Assembly: GCA_964304625.1 (NCBI GenBank)
Contig: OZ199838.1
Location: 15,848,017-15,912,016 of the forward strand
From: Kudoa neothunni
Lineage: Eukaryota > Animalia > Cnidaria
Length of the DNA stretch: 64,000 bases
Direction: 5' to 3'
Part shown: positions 25,474-37,800 of the stretch, piece by piece
How the letters are laid out: each line of letters opens with the position of its first letter
Numbering within the stretch: position 1 is the first letter of the stretch
Notes under the pieces: generated by a model
The model's database searches: none
What the model saw: the letters and a program-made list of their open reading frames with translations, nothing else
Told to the model about the DNA's origin: nothing
Translations under genes and position numbers: made by a program

Positions 25474-27819
25474 GGTAACATCAATATATCTTGATAGTCT
25501 CGATAGAGTGAGAACAGCATTCCACACTTTATTTCAGGAATCAATATTTGAGGGTCGATTTGAATCTGTTATCATTTTACCTAGCATGTAACACTCGTTG
25601 TTAATTTCGATCTTCACTTTATCTTCCACCAAAGAATAAAGTAATCAACATTTAATTTGCCAATAGTGATTGGAGTGTATGGATCAATACATTTCATCGG
25701 TTGAAACATTTAAATACCAAATTGTCTCAAGATTCAAATGGAACAAAGCCAATAATACCTTTATGATTTTTGATCAAATTATTTCCCATAATTACAGAAT
25801 CATCCTTTATTGAATCAAAAATCCGTGATGTAAATTCTCGGTTGTTTCTATTAATTTTCAGAAATCATAAAACGCATTAAAAGTATCAATTAAAAAAATT
25901 AATGATAAGTTAAACATATTTAGGCCATCAGATTGTATCTCCAAAAATTCGTTGTCCTTTGCAATATTTACAGACCGGTGGGTCCTTAATGGCTTCAAAA
26001 TCGTTCCATTCAACCAAGTAATTAGTCAATACACGTCTCCTCCTTCCCATTTTCAAACTTTCCTTTTCGGCGGAAACCGATCTTTCGTTATTATGAAAAA
26101 TAAAAACCGGCTATTTTCCTCCAATTCGACGGTTTAAATCGATTTTAATCGAAAATCGCATTCCCTACTTATAAGTAAGAACCAAATATTATAGTTGACA
26201 CATTTGGAAGCTACTTAAATAAATTTTTCTCTATTCCAAACCAGAGAAAACCGAAAAAATAATATTCTTTAAAAAAAACTAGTTATATCTCAATAAATAA
26301 AGTAATTATTTGAATAATTAACTATTCACGTTGAAAATAAACATCGGGATACAATTTCCGAGAATGCTTAAAATTTCCATTGAAGCATATATTGTTTAAA
26401 TTAGTATTACGCTCAGAAACGTCATTTTTTATTAGTATTATTATTATTCAAACATTTATCTTGAAAAAATAAGCAATAAAATGGTGTTATACAAATTCTT
26501 AACGATAACCACGCGAAAATTATTTAGAATATATTCCATTCAAAAATAATATTATTGTTTGACGGTCTATTTCAATATAAACTAAATGTCAGAAAATTAT
26601 TTAATTTCATAATATATAAGTTTGTAACAATCGAACTTAAAGAAAACATTTCTTTGTTGTTACGAGTTTCTGGTTATTGCTTTGACCAGCATTGTTTATT
26701 ACTAGGGGATATCCGGATAAATCAATTTTTTAAAACAAAATTAATAATTGATTTTACAATGAGTAACTAATTTTACATAATCCCTAGGGGACTTGTGAAA
26801 AGGTGTGTCAAATCTGTAGTGACTTAATATCACGTACTAAAGATGCAAACGCGTAAAAAGAGTAAAAATGATTTTAATAAGGTAACGACTATATCTCAGG
26901 TACCAAATAATCTAATTCCGTTAAGCTTATATCTCTGGGAATGAATATCTCTAGAACTACTGCATATATTATATTGAAATTCTGCATAATATCTTATATT
27001 TACTTAACTTAATTTCTTCTAAATTTTAGAAAAATTCGAAAAAGAATAAATTTTCAGTAGTGCAACCATTCTGAGTTGATCAATAATCAAGTATAATTAT
27101 CATATACCTTTAAAAATTTGGATAAATAGGATTGAAAAATTATTGGTGTATAGGGGGTTTCGACATGCTTTGGGTGGTTGAATGCAGAATAAAATTCCTC
27201 AATTTATCCGTCAAAACATATTAGGATTTGATTTCTTCCTTTATAAAAACTTTAAAAATGAAAATAATAGGTCGCAAAATAATAATCTCGAAAATATATT
27301 GTAGTTCACTTTATCAAATGAGTTAAATGTTAATTTATATGTAGATTACATATTTTTTAGATTTTTGTGAAATGTACATTACTAGATAATTCAACATATA
27401 ATATATGGCTTTAATAACAAAAACAGAAAATATTATACGAATCACCTTAAAGAGTGACAAGGATACTAAATACTGCATGGATGTTATGCACTCAAATATC
27501 TGTAATAAAAAATGCGTGGCAATCTTACACTAATATATATTATTAAAATAATTATTTAAAAATATATTCACATCGTAAAAATTTATTGTTCGGGAAGCTA
27601 TAATTAATTCAAAATTCATATAATTTAAAGTTAAAAAATATGTGTCGATAAACTAAGTTATTAGACCATAGATTAATAAAACACGCGTAATTATTTTATT
27701 AATTAACTGGCTAACGTAGTATAGTTTCTAAAAATCTATTATTTATTTGATACGCTTAAATTTTTAATTTCTCTAGGGAAATTCAACAACCAATGATTTA
27801 ATTTTTGATTGTGACATAG

Positions 27820-29856
27820 GAGTTACGATCCCAAAGGTGACGAGTTAAATTGAATAAGTGACGGACTTAGTTAAAAAGACGATGCGGAATTAGTCAGAAT
27901 GAATTCTTGTGATAAAATTGATATGGATAAAATTGGAATTATATCTGATCAACGAAATCTTTTGGCCAAGGTATGTTCTTATTAGTATAAAATTGAGAAA
28001 TTCAATTATAAGCTGTTAACTATATTAACTGGCTTAGAATTTGAAACCTTTGAATTAACACACCAACATAAATAATTCATTCATTTCATAAAAATTTTGT
28101 TTTAGACAGATCGAATATGGACTTCCAATACCTTAGAATTTTATCATTTCAATAGAAAAAAACCTCAAGATTTCAGGTACAGCAAATTTCATCTTGTAGA
28201 CTCAACAATAGAATCCATCCTAAAGTAATTTACTATCTTCTTAGCATCATCATTGTATTCAGTTAAATTATCAACATTTTATATTTTTGAAATAAATATT
28301 AGTGTTGAAAGGGCCATACCGAAAACTATCAGCTATCAATATTTAAAAAGAATATCTAGCTCATCTGATCCTTCATCTAAGGGAACGAAACTAAAAATCG
28401 AACTACAAGAAGATCGACCTCTGACGACCCTTCATCTAAGAGAACAAAAACTAAACATAGTAAACCGAGAGGCTCAAGCTCTGACGACCCTTCATCTAAG
28501 AGAACAAAAACTAAACATAGTAAAACGAGAGGCTCAAGCTCTGACGACCCTTCATCTAAGAGAACAAAAACTGAACATAGTAAAACGAGAGGCTCAAGCT
28601 CTGACGATCCTTCATCTAAGAGAACAAAAACTGAACATAGTAAAACGAGAGGCTCAAGCTCTGACGACCCTTCATCTAAGAGAACAAAAACTGAACATAG
28701 TAAAACGAGAGGCTCAAGCTCATCTGATCCTTCATCTAAGGGAACGAAAACTAAAAATCGAACTACAAGAAGATCGACCTCTGACGACCCTTCATCTAAG
28801 AGAACAAAAACTAAACATAGTAAACCGAGAGGCTCAAGCTCTGACGACCCTTCATCTAAGAGAACAAAAACTAAACATAGTAAAACGAGAGGCTCAAGCT
28901 CTGACGATCCTTCATCTAAGAGAACAAAAACTGAACATAGTAAAACGAGAGGCTCAAGCTCTGACGACCCTTCATCTAAGAGAACAAAAACTAAACATAG
29001 TAAAACGAGAGGCTCAAGCTCTGACGATCCTTCATCTAAGAGAACAAAAACTAAACATAGTAAAACGAGAGGCTCAAGCTCTGACGACCCTTCATCTAAG
29101 AGAACAAAAACTAAACATAGTAAAACGAGAGGCTCAAGCTCTGACGATCCTTCATCTAAGAGAACAAAAACTGAACATAGTAAAACGAGAGGCTCAAGCT
29201 CATCTGATCCTTCATCTAAGGGAACGAAAACTAAAGACAGTACAACGAGAGACTCAAGTTCTGGTGATCGTCCAACGAAAATAACAACCACGAAACATCA
29301 TACAACTTTAACTTCAAGCTCTAAGGAATACGTTACCACAACGGAATCACTAACATATGAAACTATTTCGAGACCTGGAGAAATTACAAAGGAACCAACT
29401 ATGAAACCAGTTTCATCAAGTGAAAAAACCACTTCATCGAATCGATCAAGTATAGGGATTACTAATTCGATGACCGAAACTATAACAGGCACGCCTACTT
29501 TAACGAACGAACCAAGTCCATCTAATACTACTTCAGTCGCCCAAGCATCTACACGGGAAACTACTGTGAAGACAGAAACAACCAGTGATGCCACAACAGG
29601 CACTTCGCTGAAAACAAAAGTCACTAATTTGGAAAGTCAATCAACAATTGATTCATCCACAAATAAGACGTCTGATTCGTCGACAGAATCAATCACCAGT
29701 TCTGCTGCAATAGCAAACGCACATCCCGTTAGAAATGTATCTAGAGGCAAATTAATAGCGATATCGACTAGTTTGGCAGTCGTGGTGGTGATTTTGATTG
29801 GGTACTTAATTGAATACTATTTAAAGACGAATGCTCCATGTAAGATGATCACTTAA
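27820..29856 (+). pseudogene. Mucin-like single-pass membrane protein (S/T/K-rich repeat stalk), frameshifted; 5' end uncertain
   Basis: Spliceable exons ..DQRNLLAK|GT(27971), 28106-28223 (TDRIWTSNTLEF..) and 28303+ (VERAIPKT..). Frame +1 is open from ~28363 to 29856, giving (DDPSSKRTKTKHSKTRGSSS)n, a T/S-rich region and TM LIAISTSLAVVVVILIGYLI. There is a 1-nt deletion at ~28388-90 and in-frame stops near 27850-27875. Confidence 0.7.
28361..29240 (+). repeat. 60-bp coding minisatellite, ~14.5 units
   Basis: Unit AGAACAAAAACTAAACATAGTAAAACGAGAGGCTCAAGCTCTGACGACCCTTCATCTAAG in direct tandem with no spacers. A variant unit occurs at 28381, 28741 and (partly) 29221. Confidence 0.98.
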
Positions 29857-31655
29857 TTAGTAAATAATATAGCGTATATTTATAAATTATGTTTATAATC
29901 TTGATTGGTTTTATTCGCTTGTGACGTCATCACAGATAATTAGTAGTCGTAATACCCTCATTATTGTTGTCCATGAATTCTGCCTCCTCGTTCGCGTCAC
30001 ATCGCTATAAATATTCTGTTGTTTGATTAGATGTGAGGTTTTTGTGTAAGATCATTTATTTAATTTAAGAGGCATTTATGAATTATATTTCCCTGCTAAT
30101 CTACTGTATATATAAGGCTCTTCTGTTTGTCAGTGTGTGTGTGTGTTTGCAGCAGTGCTCATGTGCCACGGAGAAACTTTTTTTAAATACAACTTTTAGT
30201 ATACATTTGAAAAGATGATACTATTATTAAAAATCGTTCATTTACTTAGAATTGTAAATATAATCAATACTCCAGTTAGAATTTTAGGTATTTTCTGGTT
30301 GTTTACTCAACTCAAGTAGCGAATAAAAAAGTACCTGTATAGTATTTAATAGTTGTTTGTTTCAGGGTGATACTCAATCAGAATGAACTTTTTACTCATT
30401 ATATAGAAGAAGAGTCTCTTAATTAAGGTGTAGAATGTTTTTAAAATCTTACATATGCCTGTTAGGAGTTACTTTAAGACAAATGAATCTATTAAGGTCA
30501 CATTTACAAGAGTTATCGCATTTCCCTTTAAATTTGGAGCATAAACAAGTTATTTGGGATGTCTTTTTATTTTTCAAGTGTTATGGATATAGTTAAGCAA
30601 AATAGATTATGATCATTTTAAATAAAACACATTATTTGAGATTACAAGTTGTTGCCACGTTGGATTAATTTGGGTCTCTATACGCATTCTAAAACAATGT
30701 AAGATGTGAGTAGAGTTTTCAAATAATTAAATTTTTGTGATAACTTCTTAAATGAAAATGTCTTTTTATCAAATATATCGATTGAGATTGTAATTATATT
30801 CGTCATTTCGTTAAGTTTTTACTCATTTTTTGGTTTTCCTAAACTTCCTTGCAAAACAGCTGGCATGACTAATTCGATGAGTTTCTATATTTGATGAGAC
30901 AATTTTTCAAATAACGTTTAAGTTCTTAGTAACCTAATTATTCCTTACCTCCAGCCAGACCTTAAGGTTGATATTCAAATCAATATACTGTTTTCTTTAG
31001 GCTCGCATTAATTCATTTTGATATAAAAGCTGCATGAAAATACGCGACATCGCTTTCTATACGTAATTTAAGAATTTATATTCACGATTACTTTTACACA
31101 AAATACTGTCCCCTCTCAATATGTGTCATGTAAGTTAATAAGAAATTATTGTTCTATTTTCGATTTAACCGATATGTTCACAAAATTTTCGTTAATCTAA
31201 AAATAGTTCAATATAAAGAAATTTTTTTGGGGGAAATCAAACAATTCGTTTTTTTTCAAAAGGATGCACTCCTTCGAGAAAGCCGGTTGATATTAAGCAT
31301 TACTGTAATTTTTAAAACCAAGAACACCTTTACATTTTAAATTTAATCTTATTTTGTTAATTAAATTTGTATATTATGAATCAGTGAGTATTTTTGTTAA
31401 AAAATGCTTCATTTATTTAAAAATCGGGAAATTATGTTAATATAGTGAATATGTAAGTTGCCACTCACAGATTATTAAAACCTCATTAACAGCCTTTAAA
31501 AGTTGTGAAATGGGAGTAAAAATTAATATTTATATTTCGGAGGTATCTTAGGTTGATTTTGTTTTTTTAGCATTTGTAAACTAATAATAAATTTTATAAT
31601 TAGAAGGATTAATTTTTATCGTAAGATTTTGAAAATAACTGAAAGTCCTATTTAA

Positions 31656-33997
31656 CCCTTTCGTGCCCAAAGGTCATCCTAGGGAACAGTTGATTATTTT
31701 GTTCATGGCTTCTTAGTAATAGAGAGTTTACAATGGTTTATTACGTTTTCTAAAATTTGGGAATTTCTTTTGTGTTAAAATGAGATAAAACATAATTTCA
31801 TGAAAAAGCATTATATTTATATTACAGCTTACTTTTCTAAAATAATGATTGGCAAAGTCATATTATTTATTGACTTATTACACTATCATTATTAGAGATA
31901 TTGAAACATAAAAAAATTATATTTATATAACAGCGTAAATATTTATTTTTCAACCATTAAATTAAAGTTTCAATACGCATCAAATAAATACATAAAAAAA
32001 ATATACGTGTTCCCCAGGATGACCTTTGGGAACATACGCTGATTTTTTTTAACCAGGATGGATCACGACTTCAACGTTACCAAGCTGAATGATGGCCACA
32101 CTCTAACCGAAGTGATCGTTCTTCCGGATGCTGATTTGTCAGATCCTGACACGGTTTCTGATGATGAGATTAGGTGTTCAACAAACTTAAATGATGTTGA
32201 TTTATGTATTTCATCATCAGATGATTTTGAGTGTGATGATGATAACGCAAACATTAAATGGACACGTGAAGGACCCTGGCCCTCTGTTCCATGCGATATC
32301 GTTACGGCTGATGAATTTGAAGATGTGGAGGAGTTGTTCTCTCCAATCGATTATTTCAAATTCTTTTTTAGCGAAGCGTTGATCGAAATGATTACAAACA
32401 AAACTAATGTTTATGCAGTTCAATGTGGTATCAATTTTCTAACAGATATGGATGAAATTCAAAAGTTTCCTGGCGTAATTATCTTGGCGGGAATTGTTAG
32501 AATGCCGCGTTACCGCTGCTATCGGAGCAGATCATTTGATTACCCACATGTTTCGAACGTCTTCCCAAGAAATCGTTTTGATAAAATTTCAAGATTAATT
32601 CATTTTAACAACAATAACATGATATCAAATGATCAATCATCACCCAATTATGATCGTTTCGCCAAAATCCGACCCTTCCTGGAATATCTAAAGTCTGCGT
32701 TTTTGAAAGTTAAACCCGAAGTTTATCATTCAGTTGATGAGCAAATGATACCTTTCAAAGGGAAGTGTAAAGCTAAACAATACCTTCCCAAGAAATCAAC
32801 TAAATGGGGGGTTTAAAGTATTTGCGAGATGCGGGACTAGTGGCATAGTGTATGATTTCCTCTTGTATGATGGAAAAGCCCCAGAAGTTGATAATTCATG
32901 TGGTCAGGTTTCTGGTGATTTTGTGATCAAATTGTGCGAGACTCTTCCAGGTCATAGAACATTTTTCGTGTACTTCGATAATTTTTTCACCTCTATTCCC
33001 TTGCAAAAAATTTTAAAAGGGCGCAATATCTACTCTGTCATAACGATAAGAAGAAATCGTATTAAAAATTTCCCATTAACATCTCCATATCAATTTGGCA
33101 AGAATGGTCGTGGGTCACACGAAAGTTTCCAAGATAAAACAAACGGGATAGTGGTAACCCAATGGTGTGATGGCTCTGTGGTTACATTTTCTTCCACACA
33201 TTCTTCTTCAGAGCCAGTTGGAACAATAAAGAGATTTGATAGGCGTACAAAAAGAATGATCACTATTGAATGCTCTAATGTTGTGTCGGAGTACAACACA
33301 AATATGGGTGGGGTATACCTATCAGATATGTTGATGGCGTTATATAAACTAAACCACAAATGTCGTAAATTTTATATGACGATATTCTTTTGGGGGTTGA
33401 ATACAACCATAACTAATGCATGGTTGTTATATCGCCGTAATTCCAAAATCAGAAAAATTCCCAACAACGAATTAATGGATCTGTTATCTTTTACACAGTC
33501 AATCAGTGAACATTTAATTCACTATAAAAAATCAAATGTAGCAGCAAAACGCGGACGTCCTTCCCATGACACATCAACAAATACAGATTCGGTTAGTTAC
33601 TCTACTCAGAATAGAATTAACAACTTATCTGAATCGTTCATATCTGACAATGTCGGTCATTACCCCAAAATGGTGGACAAAAAAAGCAAATGTCGATTAT
33701 ATAAAAGAAATATCTAGTTCGTTTGTTTAAGTGCATTATCCCATGTTGCATAGTAAAAGAAAGGAATTGTTTCTATTCTTATCACCATAAATAAAACTAT
33801 ATAATTGCGTAAAAATCTATTTTGAGCCACGATTATCGTTGAAATTTTTTTTGCGCAGGTGCCCATGATGGAAAATGTAAAAAAGTCGCGTTTAAACATT
33901 TTATTTAAATTTATAATTTTTACAGGTAAGATGAAAAAAGTAAATCTTATTAAATGTATTTTTTTAAGCTCGAAATAAAAATTTGGGCTCGAAAGGG
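31656..33997 (+). mobile_element. piggyBac transposon, full length, disrupted transposase (32058-~33790)
   Basis: TTAA TSDs; TIRs CCCTTTCGTGCCCAAA / TTTGGGCTCGAAAGGG. Motifs SVDEQMIPFKG and YFDNFF are present; the third Asp is mutated (NMGGVY). Frameshift at a G-run (~32805). Confidence 0.95.
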
Positions 33998-34136
33998 TTA
34001 AGTTACATCATGATTTTGTTTCACAAATAACTGAACTTTAATAGCTAATTACATTTCCCTTAAAATTAAGGTTATTATAGTTTTCTTCAATAATTTGTAA
34101 AATAAACTTTAAATTACTCATTAATTTCTTTCCATA

Positions 34137-34138
<2 letters not shown>

Positions 34139-34174
<36 letters not shown>
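34139..34174. repeat. (TA)n microsatellite
   Basis: About 18 TA units. Shorter runs lie at ~9340, ~35117, ~47179 and ~49953, and (TAT)n at 48181-48218. Confidence 0.9.
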
Positions 34175-34179
<5 letters not shown>

Positions 34180-34897
34180 TTGAACGGAAACTGTGCACAT
34201 AATTTTGTTTATCTGAATCATCACATTGCAAAAATAATGACTAGCTTTAAATGAAACAATTAAATTGTATAAATGAAATTTATATTGTGTAACGTGCTAA
34301 ATAAATAACTTAATCGTAGGCTTTCTCCATTCAGAAATAAAACTAAAAGTTAAAATTTCCCATCACACAGTACCTGGAAAAGCTGGGCATTAGCGCTAAA
34401 TATACATAAAAACGTAAAAATAATTAAGACAGTATTTCAAGATTATAATTTAACATTATTTAAGATAATCTAACTATCTAATTATTTATAATATCATAGT
34501 TAACAGGGAGTAAAATATGACTTCGAGTGATTGTAATAATTTTGATATTTTAGGAGAGTACTTTCTTGAGGTCCTCATATAATAGCTGTAAACCAGGAGT
34601 AAATTTAAATGAAAAGGGATAAATTAAATAACATAGAATTTAGATGGGGAGAATTTTTGCATTATGGATTTGTGATGTACTTCCGAATTTCTAAGGAAAT
34701 ATATATTATTCAAGGATGTTAACCTCATTAAGAATTGGGGAAAAATTCCTAAAATATTCTTAGGAATAAGTTTTTAACGGCTATTTATAAAATTACTATC
34801 AGTCTCCTTTATATGCCATGTTTATCTTTTAGTGGTGAAGCTTAATAATAATAAATAATTAGAATAACTATTTTCATGGGAAATAATATTCATATGT

Positions 34898-37800
34898 CAC
34901 AGTGGCTATTGACATGCTAGCGTATAATCCCTCGCTAGGACTGTCTATTGACACGACAATTAATTTATCCCAAATTACTAATAGTTCACGTCTGAAATTT
35001 TATATATTGTTTTATATTAAATAATGGAATTTGGTCAAAAAAGTTATTCATATAATTTGGGTTTATATGACAACATTTTCACTAAATTCAACTAATAAAT
35101 GATATATAAATTATTTATATATATATATATAATTACATTAAGTTATAATGTATATTTTAAAGTAAAACTCGAAAGAATATCTTCTTTATAACATTAGAAA
35201 TGAGTGGATTAAATTTAAGTCGTGATATCGACAAAGTTGAATTCTGGCGTTGTAAAGTTAGCAATAAATATAACAAAACATTCGTAATCAATGTGAAAGT
35301 TAACAATCGACTTTAATATAATTAAATTAATTAGAATTTTTATTTAATTTGGCGGAGACTTGTCCTTTTTCGTTGTCTCTTAATTGCTGTCAAGCCATAA
35401 CCTTTAGGCTTCCCAACTACCTTAACTTTCCTAGGAAGTGTAAGATCTAAAACGTAATAATATTTTCTACATTAAGTTATATATCTTTTAATTCTGGAGG
35501 GTTTATTGATTCTCTGTTTTCGACATCAGTTATGTCCGGATTAGGAACGGTTCCAATTACATCCTTCTCAAGTGGCTCAGGTGGAGGTGTATCCTTTATT
35601 GGCTGAATTACAACAAGACTACTTTCTAATTAAACAAATTTGTTATGTTTTCATAACTTAAATTTATGCTATACCTGAGGAAGTTGATGCATTGAAGTCA
35701 ACGTCACTATCATACCCACCAATACCTGCCTCTAAGAGTGTGCCAAACTCTAAATTAAATCATATTTTTCAAAAATAGAAACGTTCTACCTATAGATTTC
35801 TTCAAAGCCGCCAGATTATGATTTTTAATAATGTTTTCACACACTTTGAATAATTTGATGCAGTGACCGAAATATTCCCCGCAATACTCAGCAGAAGACG
35901 AGGATAATTTATTGGTATATACATTAGCCAACTTCATGCGTTTGGAAAAAGTGGTTATAATATCATGCTGCTTTTTTTATAACAATACCATATGTGATGA
36001 TGTTTTGAGTTGAGTCATTTTTAGTTTTGACAAAATTTGATATATGTTCTTTTTTCTATCTGGGATGATATATATGTGGATCAAACTTACATGTACAAAA
36101 ATTGATAGTCGAATTATAATTTAATCCACAATCAAATTTTGTTTGCATCTTTCCCAATTCTTTAATTACAAATTTACAGGAGAATGAAGTTAAGTGATCC
36201 CAATACTTTTTTTCAACCTCACTTTCAATATTCCTGTAGGATGTCTTAGATAATTCGGTCACTATACGGCAAGTTTTTTTTGTTCTGAATGAATGCGAAA
36301 GAATCAAGAATTTATTTATCACGCTCTTCAGTTTTGAATTAAGCGCTTCTAGTCGATTATTTGTTAAATTATTGTAAAAGTGTCGAGCTTTACTGAATGA
36401 TATGATCCATTGTGATTTAATTGGATCCCAATTTTTCTTGAAATAGATATTGAAATCCAAAATATTATAACTATAGAGCTCATCACATAAGTTTTCATAT
36501 TCCATTACATTTTTAGCATGCATCATTTTTTTAAGGGTGAATTACATGGATTCTTTTGTTTCATTATTAATATTATATTCCGTAAGTTTTAACTATTGTT
36601 GAAAAATCTGTATAACGTGAAATTTAAAAATAAACATTTCGGCATTGGAAAAATGAATCTTCATAACTTTTCGAAGCTTTAAATCCTTATCAGTAACAAT
36701 CGAGAGGATTTTTTCTTGTATCTAAGGAACAATTGAAATCAGTTCATTAATGTACCATTCAACTACTATTTCAGGCTCCTCAAATATTATACTGGCACTA
36801 TTTAGATGTGTCAAACCCCCAGAATCTTCAGAAACCGTCAGGAATAAGGGAGCCCTAAAATTAGAATAGATAGATAACTTTAATATTTTAAAATGATAAA
36901 AATAACCGCGAATCAAGTAATTTGTAGGTTGCGTCAATTGATAGATGTTCTGGAAAAAATGAAAAAACATCCTTCATTTTTTCATCCACGAATAGAATTG
37001 CATTAAGTTGGTTTGTTTCACCTGCTAGTATTCTAACACCACAATTATAATCTTCCTTTACTAATTTATAAAGGAAGTTCATATCAATCTTTTGCGTGGA
37101 TAGACTTTTTTAATATTATGTATTAACTTCAATGTTATCATTTTACCGGTTTCTTGTTGGATTTTGGATTGAATCAATTTTTTGTTGGCGCACAAGGAAA
37201 CTGGTTCCGATACCCTTTGATCATTACGATCCAATTTTTGTTGTGGAGGCAAAAAGTTAAAAAAAGTTGGATTGGTTTCATGATTGTGGCTTAAATTGAG
37301 TGATTTTACCTCGAGCGTTTGTTCGTCTGAACTTACCCTTAGTGATACATGAACAGGACAGGTGCCTTTCATGGTTTGTTTTTCTCGAATGCCTTGTGAC
37401 CTGTCTCGATGTTGGTCACTAAAATATCAAACCTATTTGAAGGAGTAGTAATTTAAGTTTTAGTTGAATTTTGTGGTGAGGACTCGCTTTAGGTTTGATA
37501 TTTTTTTTGAGTCACACTTAATCAAGACACAGCGTGACTGCTATTCGAACTTATGTATAAACTCTTCTTCTAATTGCATAAAAGAGTCAAATTTTTTACC
37601 TACTTCAAATAAATCAATATCGGTTCTATTTGCCATTTTCCGTACAAGCGCCGCAAATATTTTCTTCAATTTTACAAATTTTTTTATTAAAATTATTATT
37701 AATAAATATTTACTTAATATATGTTTATATGAGGCAGGTGTAACAATTTTAACTTTCTAATTTTCTTCAAACTAAACTTAGTTTTTCCAATATTAACCCA

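Noticed and set aside
28361-29240. CRISPR array
   Set aside because: Units are contiguous with no unique spacers, the repeat is coding, and the context is eukaryotic.
28377-29624. Minus-strand ORFs of 304 aa and 108 aa as genes
   Set aside because: Antisense shadows of a low-complexity repeat and of the S/T-rich exon.
34360-34400. Additional Helitron 3' ends (also ~44300, ~49430, ~55280)
   Set aside because: Hairpin or CTAG is degenerate, and no confident 5' ends were found.
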